From contig JAYWIR010000021.1 of NCBI GenBank assembly GCA_036172245.1, forward strand, positions 3,038,001 to 3,102,000: DNA of 64,000 nucleotides, given 5' to 3'. The position numbers and the translations under genes are program-made. The stretch comes from Raillietiella orientalis (taxonomy: Eukaryota). The notes beneath the pieces are model-generated. The model ran no database searches. It had not been told where the DNA came from and was given only the letters and a program-made list of their open reading frames with translations. Below, one piece after another: positions 24,550 through 36,002 of this stretch (position 1 is its first letter; every line of letters starts with the position of its first letter).

Positions 24550-27510
24550 CGCAACGGGAGTCGCTCCCCTTGGTGATGAGGACTGTTCCGTCGGAAGAGG
24601 GAAGAACGCAAATGAAAGGGGAACAGAGGAAGGATCCTTCCCCTCCCCCTCCGGCAAGGATGTCCCCGCGAAGGAAGGACTCGAGGCGAGACCTGGACCC
24701 TTCCAGGTCTCGCCTCGCAGGAGACCCGGACGGCAGCTGCCGGGAGATGTTGGATCGAGAACGGAGATAGAGCCGGAAAATAGGGATGGGGGGAGAAGGG
24801 AGAGGGAAGGCGTCAAAAAAGTTTCCTGGGGATGCGACCTTCCCCCCTTCCCTTCGCCTCTCCTGTCCGCGTCTGGAAGAGTACCCTTCCTCCAGTTCGC
24901 TTCCTTTTTTCTTTTTCCTACCGACCCTTCTTCTGGAGGAAGGTGCAGAGCCCCTTTGTTCCCTTCGCTTCCCGCCTCCTCGAAACTCCCGGTTTCTCTT
25001 AAAGTGGGTAGAGCCCCGGGTCTGAATTCCCCAGCCGGAGGACATCCCGAGGAATGACGCCTTCTTCTCTCTCTCTCCTGCGGTCCTTCCTTTCGTTCCT
25101 CGAGGGAGCAGCATCCCAGGGTCCTTCCCTCCCATCCTGAAGACCTCAGTGGAGGAAGGAGCCTGCTGGACGATTGGCAGGGGAAAGGGGAAGATGGCGA
25201 CTAGGGTTATGCGCCATCTCCCAGGGTGCTTCCTTCCCCTTCCCCCTTCCTCCCTTTCTGCTTCCCCTGCCGCCGCGGATTTCGGAAAATCCCGGCTGAG
25301 GGGAGGACTGACCGTCTCGCATCTCGGGATTTTCCGTCGGCTGCGCAGAGTCCTGCTGTCTGACGGGGAAGGAAGGGGAGGTGGCGCGCGGAGGACCCCT
25401 CGCTCGGCTCTGTCGAAGGCGCTGCCTCCATCGGAGCTCTCTATCGACGGTCTCTCCCTGGCAGTGGTGGATGGGACTTTTCTGCCTCTCTCGAACCCTG
25501 CGCGGCGCTACTCGTTCCAGAAAACCCGGAGGGGTTCTGGCTAGAGCGAACCGGGAGCGCGCCGCCGCCCTCCCAAGTTCCCCTCTGCGCGGAGGAAGCT
25601 GCGGGCAACATCGCGGACCCTGCGAGCTCCGGCACAGCGTGATGGGTCAGACTGACTTCCTTTGCGTGACCCTCATGTGCGTAGCTCGCAGCGAAGCAGT
25701 CGCGTTGTCCTCGGCTGGTGGCGTTTCTGAGGGACGGGATGTTCTCTCGCCTCGCGATCGCGCCACTCTGAACCCGCCAGTAGGACCGCGCACCCTGGAG
25801 GTCAGCTGGCGCTGCTCCTCTTCTCATCTCCGGCTCGTCTCACTGGGACGCATCATCCGTGCTACCCGGAGAGGTTTCGGCATCGAATCTGGCTGGTAGA
25901 AATTTAGCTGCGATCTCGGCGGCGGGACCTCGCCTTCCCATCGGCTTTCCTCCGTGGGGTCAAGGGAAGCGTGGCATCGTCTCTCGCTGAGGTTCCCTCT
26001 GGAGAATTCTTTCCTCGTAAAGGAAATAAAAGAGCCCTCCCTTTGTAGCCCTCCCGTTCCTTCGGACTGGCACGGGAGCCTCTGCTCCGTCCCGTTCCCT
26101 TTTCCCGAGAAAGACCTTCCACCGTCGCTGGGGCCGCTGGTCGCTTCCGGCTGCGAGAAGAGACCGTCATCTTCCCGATGAACGCGTTGGCGGAGTTTCC
26201 TCCCTCGGAACAATTGTGCCGCCGTCATCTTCTCGTCTTCCCTTCGAGAAGGTTCGAGCCAATCGCGGCTGATCGTCTCCCCGGGGTCGCTGTCCCTGGC
26301 GACACTCCTGGGAGAGCGGCACAGCTCCCTCTGCAGCCGGCGCTGCACTCCCTGCGCCATGATGAGCAGGCGGGGTCTCTCGAGTGGAAACCACGTCCTC
26401 GCTCCCGCGCAGGGATCCGTGCCCTCCTCGCGGTTCCTGTGAACCGGAGTAACGAATGCCGATTCCTGGAACGAGGTGCTTCCCAATTACCCCCCTATCT
26501 TCGATCAAAGAATCCTCCGCGGACGGAGGCATGCGCCTCACGCAGCGCGCTGGAAGATCTCGTTTCATCTGTGAAGGATTTAATTGACCGTCGTTTCACC
26601 CGCTCCAGGAAACCTCCACTCCGAACCACACTCTTCGTGGGTGCGATCCATCCCTGCGGAACTCATTCGTATGCGCTTTCGCGGATCGGCTGATCTTCGC
26701 TGCGTGTTCTTCGTAGACGGAGAGTTCCGGTTGATTTGATGCTGGAGAGAGAGAAAGAAAGAGAGGGGGGGAGGGAGGGGAGAAGAAAAAAGTGCTGACG
26801 TTTTCTCTTTCGAGAATCTCCCAGCGCCATCGCTAGTGCACTCAATCGACTGCTTGTGACGATTCCTTGCCCGGAGAGAGCGGTGGCAGAAGAGCGCCTC
26901 TGAATATGCGCATCTCGGGGAGAGTGGAGAGGAACATCTGGAAGAGGGAAAAGAACCACAGTCCTCTGGAGAAGCGCGGGCGACAACCCTGGGAGTCTGG
27001 ATCTCTGGAACTTTGCAAACGAGGGTGTAGGGGAATGCGAGAGCAAATGCTCCGCCATCCTTGAAAAAGACTGCCTCCACCTGGGCGAAGTAACGGGGAG
27101 AGGATCGCGCCAAAAACGTGGCAGCAGCGGCCTTCTAAGTAGAAGACAATGCTTTCTTACTCTGGGAACATGGCTGATTCCAATCGGTGATTCCAAATGA
27201 TCCTGACTGCTGATCCCAATCTCCCTCATAGGGATCCTAAGCGATCCTAATCAGTGATCCCAATCGGTGCTAATCGGTGGTGGCCCCTATCGGGTCCGCG
27301 GATCGGTTGTTCCGAGAAAACAAAGCAGAGAAAGTGACCTCCTCAGGCTGGCGAAAAGACGCGCGCCATGGGCTGTGCCATCAGGCAATGACTGATGAAA
27401 AGGACAGGACGGCACGACATGGCTCCTGAGGAGGGAGGCATTTGTTCCGCGATGGTAGGTCGTTGTCTCTCTGGTAGCTGCAGGGCGAAAGACAGAGCTG
27501 CGGATGCTAA
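24550..27510 (-). pseudogene. PB2: Decayed near-full-length influenza-like PB2 (copy C)
   Basis: YFAQVE (27075-27092) vs YFERVE; KHLVPG vs LHLTQG; LLIMAQGVQRR (26337-26369) vs LIIAARNIVRR; GLQREGSFISFTRKEFSR (25998-26051) vs GLRISSSFSFGGFTFKR; KDPGML vs QDPTML; EGSRSRLESFLRGDILAG (24650-24703) vs EGTAGVESAVLRGFLILG; VLITKGSDS vs VLVMKRKRDS. Confidence 0.72.
27174..27280. repeat. Degenerate minisatellite, ~10-13 nt unit TGATCC(C/T)AATCGG
   Basis: Repeated GATTCCAATCGG / GATCCCAAT / GATCCTAA / TAATCGG units. Confidence 0.75.
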
Positions 27511-27599
27511 CTAACCGCTTCCAGCATCCGCGGGCTCTTCGATGCAACCTGTAGCATCCTTCTCACAGGCTTCAGAGCGTTCCGCAGAGGGAGCTTGGG

Positions 27600-28330
27600 A
27601 AAGCGGCGGTGCATTCCCTGACTGCTCCAGACGAGAGGTCATCTCTGAATTCCTCTGCGCGATTCTTGGATCCCCAACCAAAGAAGCACACAGCTGTTGA
27701 CGGAATGCTGCCGTCGTGGCACGAGAGCGTCCTGCGAGGTATCTTCTCCATCTTTTCATCTGCAGCATCGTTGCGCCCCTGCATCTTTTTTCTGGCTCAT
27801 GAGAGGATTGAAGAGATGGAAACCGAAGGGCAAGGACGTCACACGAGCTGTGAGGGGAGTGAGGGTCCCGAAAACACGGGCACCCTGCGGATCAACAGAG
27901 GGGTCGAGCGAATAAGCAGCGCTTGGACGCTTCATCATCAAACGATCCTTTCGCAGGGAACTAAACGCCGTGCTGGACTCCCGGGGAGGGCGAACAGCCA
28001 GACCACGATGTTTCATAGGTTCTTCCTGCTTTCAGGAAACGAAGAGGGAAGTCTCAAGGAACAGGAAGCGAGAACCTAGGGGATGGACGATCGGTGCCAG
28101 CATCGCGGGCGGGCGCGGAAACTTGGGGAGGCTTCCGCAGGCCGAATTTTCGGGAAAATGAAACGGGAAGGATTCCTGTGGAGGAGGAAAGAGGGGACGA
28201 GGGAATCGGGGGAGATCCCGCGAATTCCAGAGGCGCGCAGTGGAATTGACCGTCTCCCTGCAGCTGTTCCGGAATCCAGGCATGTAGGCGGTGGCGAAAG
28301 CAGCGACAGGTACCTGCACACAGGCGACTT
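27600..28330 (-). pseudogene. PB1: Decayed influenza-like PB1, N-terminal fragment (aa ~90-272)
   Basis: PGFRNSCRET (28251-28280) vs PGIFENSCLET; GL..ES..KD vs GLTANES..KD; KDA; WRRYLA vs KRRAIA; exact LEQSG (27616-27630). Confidence 0.72.
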
Positions 28331-29399
28331 TCTCCGTCGTCCCTGGATACGCGTCGGAGAAGACGCCGCCGCCGCCAATTCGGGAGCGAGCCCGGGAGGA
28401 CGCGTCGCCGGCGGACGGGAAACAAATCAGAAGGCGTGCGGGAGGAAGATTTATTTGGACCGCAGGGGGAAAGAGCGCAACCAGTGGTTGGGGGAGAGAG
28501 GGGGATCCCTAGAGGCTGAGAGGGAAGGGGGTGCTCCCGGACTCGTCAGGGGAACAGCAGGAGGCCAGTTGGCTGGGAGATGGATGGCGGGGAACGCGGG
28601 CCAGAATAGCCGCGCGCGCGTCGCGCGGGCTCGCAAAAGACGCGCGGCCACCACCCGCTTGGCACGCTCGTGCGCCGTCCGTGGCCTGCCGTGCCGTGTG
28701 TACGCACGCACCCGCACGTCGCGAGCTGGGACACGCGCTCGCACCCTTCCTGCTGCCCCAAGGCCGAAAAATCACGTTCGAGCGCGCGCAAGCCGCAGTG
28801 GGTTGCGCGTCGTTCGCGGGCGCTCAACAGGCACACTCTGCACACAGGGCAGGTGGTTGCGTGCGTGCGTGGGTGCTCCGTCCCCATGACGAGGCAGCCA
28901 ACCTTTCCTCTCTGTTTGACCACGCCTCGCGCGCGCAAACCCGTGCGACACGCCCCGCGCGTCTGCACCGCTGGGCGCCGTGCTTTCCGAGAATCCCCTG
29001 CTGGCCGGGGAGGGCGTGGGGGCGCGGGGGAACCTATGCAGGAACCCAGGGGGCGCGTTTCCCCCTTTTTGTGGTGGAGAGGGAGGCAGGGACGCTGCGG
29101 GGAGTCTCCCCTCCCAGGAAGCCAACCCTTCTGGCGCGCACCCGTCGGGAGCTGCAAAGGGAAATCTCCAGGTCCAGGGAGCTCCGGGCTCGGTCGGAAC
29201 GCGTGCGTTCTTTTCTTTCCTGCCTGCTCCCTCCCATGGATCCGACGGGAGCGCCTCAGGTAGAGCCCCCTCCTTCGGGAAGGGAAGGGAGTAGAAGAGG
29301 AGGTTCTCCTCCTCCCCCTTTTCGCGTCGCTCTCTCCGGGAGGCTGCTGGGAACACAGGATGGAGGAAGAGGGCTCACGTGCCTCGCGCCACCGAATCT

Positions 29400-30480
29400 C
29401 TCCGGGACTCCTGGGAAGGGGAGGTCCTCGAGTTTTTCCGATTTCCGTTCCACCGCCACGAAAAATGGCTTTCGCCTCTTCCTGTGGGAGAGGAGATGAT
29501 TTTCTCCGGTTCTGGACAGAAGGGGGCGGATTTCAGGGAAGGAACGAGGATAGAGGAGAGGAGTGAACTCTCGCTATCCTGGAAGCTTCTGGATGCTGCT
29601 AAGGGAATAGGAGAGAGAGTTCTGGGACGTCTTCCGGGAAAAGGAAGACTCCCAGGGGTCGAAGGGTCGTCCTGGATTCCTTCCTCCCTTGCTCCTCTTC
29701 TCTGCCCGAGGAGGGAAAGGGTGAGGATCTCGATGACCCGCGCACTTCCGCCCCGCAGTCGTCCTGCGCGATCCCTTCAAGGTGCTCACTCGAAACTTCT
29801 GCTTCGTGCGCTCGAGGATGTGTTTTTTTTTCCTTTTCCCTCTCCTGGACAGCCTCTTCTCTCCTTTGACTATCTGGACGATCCATCCACGACTCCTTGA
29901 TCTCTGTGACCCTGCTGCGGGGAAGGGGCAGCCTTGCGGGCGAATCGGTGAGATCTTCAAGCCTCGTTTGGACTTTTCCGAGAAGGAGGCAGGCAGGAAG
30001 GGGCTAGGTAAGAGAAACGTTGGGATGGAAGGGAGGGAAGCTTCCGCGGGAGGCTCTTCCGCTTCCCCGGTCCTTGTGCAGTTCATCCCAGGCAAGAAGC
30101 CGAACTGCAGAGAGAGCTGTGTAGGGATAGAACGGCACTGAAAGAGGGAGGTCAATAAAAAGGAGGAGACAGGGAGCTCCTCTGACCTCCTCGTCCCCGG
30201 CCGGACCGCTTCTCCCTTTCTTTCTTGACGAGCAAAGTGACGGCGGTTGGGCCTGGAGCGGCTCTTTCTGCCCTGACCTCCTCTTCTAGTCTCGCGTCCA
30301 GGGTCTTTTTCGCAGCTTTTCGTCTCAAGGGCCTTCTCTCCTCTCCGACTGAGGGGACCATCAGTTCCGAGGTCACCTTCGCCGTTTTGCCTTGCGTTCC
30401 TTCCACAGCCGAAGTTTCTGCCTGCTTGCTCCCGGCCGTCCCTCCGCCCTCTCCTTCTCTCCTTTTCCTGGGAGGCCACC
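29400..30480 (-). pseudogene. NP: Decayed influenza-like NP, copy 2
   Basis: (V)ASQ at 30479 vs MASQ; TSELMVPSVGEERR (30332-30373) vs TIERMVLSAFDERR; KDP..GG; GFLPGM vs GMDPRM; KRGL vs KRGI; EDL near 29420. Confidence 0.7.
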
Positions 30481-31049
30481 GGACTTCTCCACCCTCATCC
30501 CTCTTTCCTTTCCCTCAAACTCGTGAAGAACTCAATCCACTTGCTGCCCAGGATTGCTCATCATCCACCTCCCTGTGAGAGGATGTGGAGGAGAGCGGAG
30601 TTCTCCTTCGCATCCTTCCATCTCCCCATCTCTTCCCGGGCCGTGTTCTCCTCGGCTTCGCACTTTTTGTTCCGTGGTCGGAACGAAGCACTTACTGCTC
30701 TCGTGAGTGGAGTTGCAGAAAGGCCACGGAGTTGAGGGAGCAGCGACAAGCCAGGAAGGGGAGAATGAGGAAGAGTAAGATGGGGAAGGAAGGAGGAGGC
30801 GACGGCGGCGGCGGCGGCAGCGGAACAGTCTCCCCTCCTAGTCTTCCCGGGGTGTTTATGCTTGCGGGGGTGAACGAGCGAAAGTCCACTGGATGCCCAC
30901 TGGAACAGTGGTGGCAAGGAAGAGAAAAAAGGGAGGGGAACGCTTCAGGGTGTAGCCGGATTCGAGGAAGGGGGTGACAGAAGGTTTGGGAAAAGCACGA
31001 AAGGGAAGGAGATAGGCGAAAAGGTCGCCGGTCCTTCCAGCTCCAGAAC

Positions 31050-32100
31050 CTTTGTACGTGATGCGAGCTCTCGCTGGGTCTCCTCTTTCTCTTCCTCCTC
31101 CTCCTCCCGCTCTCTGCAGTGCAGAGGTAGAGGTGCCAGAGGCTCTCCACAATCCAGCCGCCGGGACCGGCCTAAGCGTCTTCGCAGCTGCAGCTGGTGG
31201 TGGTCTGTCCACCTCCAACGTCTGTGCCTAAAAACCTGCTCTTTGGATAGGACCCTAGACCTCACAAAGCCCTTCAAGGCTTTTTTTTAAAAGGCTGCCG
31301 TCAGAGTAGGGGGGAAAGCTCTAGGGAAGAGTGGGGTCGGGTTCCTAACCCCTGCAAGCGCTTACTCGGTTTTCATCCAGGTAATCGCCCCCGCTTCTCC
31401 ATTGGATTCTTTTCCTACGGGTGAACCCGTCACTATCGCCGGCTGCTTAGCAACGGACCAAAAGGGAAAACCGAGAATTTTCGCGGGAAAATCTATCCTT
31501 CTGCTTCTGAACGCAGGAAGAGGAGAGGGGAGAAGGGGGAAGCAGAGGAAGCTCGGTAACGGATGGGATGCGGGAAGAAAAAACTTTTCGGTTGCTTAGA
31601 GAGAGACACAGGTGACACGGCTCCAGGGGTTTGCTTGTCTTTCCCGGATTTCTGATGTGCAGGAACGAAAGGGCGGCAGTAGGCACTCGGCTTCTTGGAA
31701 GCATAGAAATCTCATCACCTCCCCATTAACTAGAGCAAGGCTCGAAAAAACGCCCGTCTTCTCTGAAGCAGTGAGAACGGTCCGAGATGAAGACCTTGCT
31801 GAAGTGAGATGCGTTCTCCCGTCACGAGGAAGGGTGAGAGGGCGAGACGGCCGCGATCGGCTTTCGCTGTTTTCCTGCCCATACTCCCCTCTCCCTCCCT
31901 CTTTCCGCCTGCTTTTGCACCACTCAGAATCGGATGCGCGGTCTCACTGCTGCTGGATAGGCGATGCAAAAAGCACTGAAGAAAGCGGCGAAGATGCCTT
32001 TCAGGTGTGAGATTGACCATCCTTTCGTCTGAAAGAAGCCAAGGAACCAACCAGAGGGAGCAGTAGAAAATAAAACGCTGTGAGCACTCGAACGGAGATA
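31050..32100 (-). pseudogene. PB1: Decayed influenza-like PB1, C-terminal half
   Basis: GWFLGFF (32032-32052) vs motif B GMMMGMF; LSSSSE vs motif C LQSSDD; EKTGVF vs NKTGTF; SDG; VLSKEQVF vs ILEDEQMY; RPV; AESGR vs FESGR. Confidence 0.55.
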
Positions 32101-32299
32101 AACGTCCGAGCTACCACCTGGTCTGAGATGCTCGAAAGTGCAAGGATGGTTCATCGCTACTCTTTCCCTTCCCATCCTCCCATCGTTTGCTCGCCGTTCT
32201 TTCTGCTTTGACGGAACAAAGCAGAACGTGGACGGGGTGGGACCAATGAATCAACGGGAAGCACCGCCCCGGACAAAAGGGGAGGAGGGATTTGCATTC

Positions 32300-32580
32300 T
32301 CGCCTCTGCTCCCCTCCTCCTCGACCCTCATCTTGGCAGGCGAGTCGTTCCCGCCGCCGCCATCTTTTTTCCCTCCACCTCGAGGACGTCCTCGTCCAGG
32401 GACGCAGTTCGAGGTATCTCCTCCGACGTCCCCATCTCGGCCAAGGAAACAGCTGGCCCACTGAGACGTCCTCCCTCTTGAGCCTGCTCTTGCTTCTTCA
32501 TGCCTTGATAGTCGCATTTTGGTCGTCTTCGGGGACCTGGTTGCATCACCTTCTCTCGCCTTCCTGATGCGTTGAGGCTC
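32300..32580 (-). pseudogene. Diverged partial second copy of the 5' part of the 36003-36935 element
   Basis: Clear nucleotide similarity to 36690-36920 (CATCAGG..GCAACCAGGTC.CCGAAGACG; GGCCGAG.TGGGGACGTCGGAGGA; CCTCGAACTGC; GCCAAGATGA). Contains stops and frameshifts; splice donor reads GA instead of GT. Confidence 0.8.
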
Positions 32581-32699
32581 TCTGTTTCGGCGAAATGATG
32601 AGGCAGCTCCAGAGCAGAACGAAGAACTCCGAAGAAATCTCGAACCGCCAGGGGTTTTTGGAATTATCTGAGCCGGGGAATTGCATTAATGACCATTCC

Positions 32700-33000
32700 A
32701 CTTCGGTGTGATGGTTGGCCACTTGAGAGCTTCCTTTCAAGTCGCCCTGTGTTTCGAGGAGGGCCAGAGACTGGCTCGGAGGTCTCGCTTAGGGATCCCT
32801 CAAGATCTCGTCAGTGGTGCTCCCTTGAAACCATGATATCGGAGGCGTGGCCAAGAGGGGCTTGGATCCTAGCCGGCAGGAAGGGACGGTTAGTATTATC
32901 GATGTGCACAGAAGTCCCATGATCTCTGAGTTCGTTCGGGGAACCGACAGCGGATGAAGAAAAGGTCACCGAGGGTCGTCCTGAACTATGTGTGACTGCG
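32700..33000 (-). pseudogene. M1: Decayed influenza-like M1, copy 3
   Basis: IMGLLCTSIILTVPSCR (32873-32923) vs ILGFVFTLTVPSER. Confidence 0.55.
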
Positions 33001-33059
33001 TCCTTTATTTCTATACTTGTTTTTTCTTAGCGTGGGCTGCCCCGCGGACTTCCCTAGTC

Positions 33060-35760
33060 CTCATCGCCTGAGCTCCACCTCCTGGAAAGTTCCAGAAGTC
33101 TACCATTCGAGAGTCATCCTGGACACGAGGAAGAACAATCTTGAATTCGACCTGGATGAAGAAGACACAACCCAAGGCCCCGGGAAAAGTGCAGCTGTCT
33201 ATCGGAAGTTTCTGATTCCGAAGAGTCGCCTTCGCGCTGGAAGACCTCAGACTTACACCGCTCCGAGACTTCAGCCGCCACTCCGCGTCCTGTAGAGGAA
33301 AACTCTCGTCTTCCAGACGAACGCGGTGGCGGATTCAGAAGGCCTGCAACCCTTCTCTGATAAGCGCTCATAAAGGCATATGGCCTGGCTGCATGGAGAG
33401 GCGGAGGTGGAGTAGCTCCGAGTCTCGGCTGGGGGGAATTCCTACATCCCCAGATCGCTCAGAGTAGGCGGCGGAAGCCCTGTTTCCGCGAACGCAGGGC
33501 ACCTGCTCCAGGTGTTACAGGTGCGGAGGCAAAGTCCACTCTGCGCGCTCCGCCCACATGGGATCGCCGCGCATTCTCGTGGCTCCAGGCTGTGAGCACC
33601 CTTTCAGGTTCCCCGGGGTTGGCATTCTTGAGTTTCCCTTCCCTCATCCCCGTATGGCATGATTCCAGGGAGTAGGTCCGGGAAAATCCGCCCCGATGCG
33701 TAGCAATCCGTGACATGGCATTCTTGTCTCCGTCATCTCGGAGCCTATAAAAAAAGCTGCGGTCTTCATGGAGGATCCGAAATGCACACACCAGAAGAGA
33801 GAAGCAGGAAGATGAAAAATTGAAAAAATGATCGCGAAGACTTTGTTTCTTTCTTTTTGTTGCCACCCTCCGGCTTGCTTCCTGGATTCTAGGGGATTCG
33901 AACTGTAGAGGGCAAACCTGTGAAAGAGGATGACGTCAGACGGGCCTATGAGGGATGTGAAGACAAGAGAGTCATGGGGCACTAGCCTGTGAGCAAGCAT
34001 GAGCTCCAACTGCTAGATCATTCGAGAAATGCTTCCACCTCTCCTGCCTCCTGCCTCTCTCGGAGGAAGTGAGGAGGGAGCAGCACAACTCAGAGTGGGC
34101 GAGAAGGCTGTAGCGGGAGAAGTCCCTTCCGAGCATCGTCTCGGCAGGAGTTGTGCGGCCGTTGTTATCAATAAGGCAGTCGCGGAAGAGTGGTCCCAGG
34201 TCCCAGAGATTGGTCCCTGCAGCCTCTTTGCCTCACGAACGGCCTTCCGAGTCGGGTTCTGCTCGATTGGCTGACATAACGGTGGCACCGCGCTTACTTC
34301 CTGCAAATAGTTGGGGAAAGAGGCTGCAGGGAGAGGGAAAAAAAGTAGGGAAGAGGAAGAGAAGTAAGGTGGGAGAAAAGCCAATGTACTGCTGTCCGAC
34401 TGTGGTGCACTTTCGCCTCAGCGGCAGCTCGGCCTGAACAGGAAGGAGAGCCTGTTGCACGCAACCCGCCCCGACGGGGGTGGAAACAGGCAGAATGGAT
34501 TTCGGAGGTTACACATCCGCAGCTCTTTATCTTTTTTCTCTCCCTTTTCTTTTGTGGAACCAGAGGGACGCCAGCGGGCTGGAGGAAGCGACGGGAAGGA
34601 AGAAAAGCCAGTGGCGACGGGATGCAAGAGGATCTTGATCCTTGCAGCTGAGGCAGAGTGACGGAAAAAAATTGCGAGGAAGCGTGTCGTCTAGCGGCAG
34701 CCAATGAGAAATAAGGAACTGCATCTGGACCCCCTTTTCCCAAGGAAAGGGAGATGTGACCAGCAGCAGGGGTTTTCCTACAAAGAATATCCTCGTTAGC
34801 TGTGGGCGGAACTCTTCCGGGCTGAAGATTACGTCGCACATTGCTGGATCCGACAGTGGACTGATGATGATGATGATCCACTTCGGAACATTCCCTTCGA
34901 CTTTCCGCCATCTCACGAGACCTTTCCTTCCCTTCGCCTTGATTCGCACGGCCCCAAGCAAATGGAATGATCGTGGCGCGTTTCTGTTCTAACCCAGTAT
35001 CTGCCCCCGATGCTCGCTCGTTTTCCTCCCCCCCCCCCCTCTTCACCTGGCAACCGTGGGCTGCCACATCGCACCGTTTTGATTTTCGGAGTCCCTTCCG
35101 TCCAGCGCTCACTCATGAGCAGCTGCAAACGGTACCAGCTTAGATGAAAGCAGCATCTCCTCCGTCAAGATCCGGGTGGTCCTGCTCACTCCTCCTGCTT
35201 GCCAACGTTGACTGACTCCTTGTACGCTCTCTTCCCTCTCCGGACCTCTGTCTGCACACCTGCATCCCGATTCTTTGGGGAAGACCAGATGGAATGGATG
35301 TATGTAAAGGGATCGTCTGCTCTAAGTAGCAACGTCTGCATGCTGGGAATGTGGAAGGAGACGAGCTAAGCAGAGCGGCTACTTGGAGACCGGAACTGGA
35401 GAATGGGAGAGCTCAGAAGACTCCCGTGTGCTCGAAAGTTACTCTCCCCGAATCGCTACACGCCTGGACAGGCGCACACTACCGCAGGAGTGAGAGCACA
35501 CTCTCACTCAGACCGCATCTCCTAGTCGACCCGTACTGCAAAAGTCCTGAGAGAGGCATCGCAACGGGGGTTGGTGGCGCGCGTCGACTATGCAGCGCCT
35601 GCACGCTGCATCCGAGGCAAAGCGCAGGAAAATACGCCCCGTTGCCTCTGGAACGGACCACATGTGTGTTGGATCCAGATCCAGAGGTCACTCAAGGAAA
35701 GATGATGTCGAGGTGGTGCTTCCCAAGCTCTTGAGCTGGGGCACAACAGCAAAGAGGGAA
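33060..35760 (-). pseudogene. PB1: Decayed near-full-length influenza-like PB1
   Basis: PAQ..FP (~35700-35745) vs PAQNAISTTFP; EQDHPDL vs EESHPGI; RCDVAAHGCQ vs RVDKLTQGRQ; CKDQD..RR; GEKKDK vs GNEKKAK; exact SFFYR (33744-33758, motif E region); YQRRVAGLLNP (33330-33362) vs YQGRLCNPLNP at about the expected distance; LFP..LVSR..SG at the C-terminus. Confidence 0.72.
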
Positions 35761-36002
35761 GAGCGAGCCTTGCAGAGAGCGGAGGTTTCCTTCTGCTAAG
35801 CGGTACGGCTGCTGATCGGATGCGAGTGGAGCAGAGCGCGGGTTCCGAAGAAGAGATCCTTGGGCATGGGAGGACTGCCGGACTCCGTCCAAAGATTCAA
35901 AGAGATGTCAGGAAAAGGAGAGCGGAGTCTGGGAGTCTTTTTTTTTTTTTTAATTTTGCTTCGGCGGGGTGTCGGCCAGCAGGTGGAGCCAGGAGCGCGC
36001 CA

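Noticed and set aside
27174..27280. Repeat array considered as CRISPR-like
   Set aside because: Short degenerate units without unique spacers, eukaryotic context, no cas genes.
31908..31918. GCAAAAGCAGG on the - strand, 11 of 12 nt of the influenza A conserved segment terminus
   Set aside because: It falls inside the PB1 C-terminal relic between the motif C-like and motif E-like matches, not at a segment end; treated as chance.
31975..32005. KGIFAAF resembling an HA fusion peptide
   Set aside because: No HA cysteine pattern; the flanking motifs fit PB1 motifs B and C better.
35938..35951. A-run after the unknown ORF as a retro-copied poly(A) tail
   Set aside because: Similar A/T runs are common throughout the window, including inside relics; not diagnostic.
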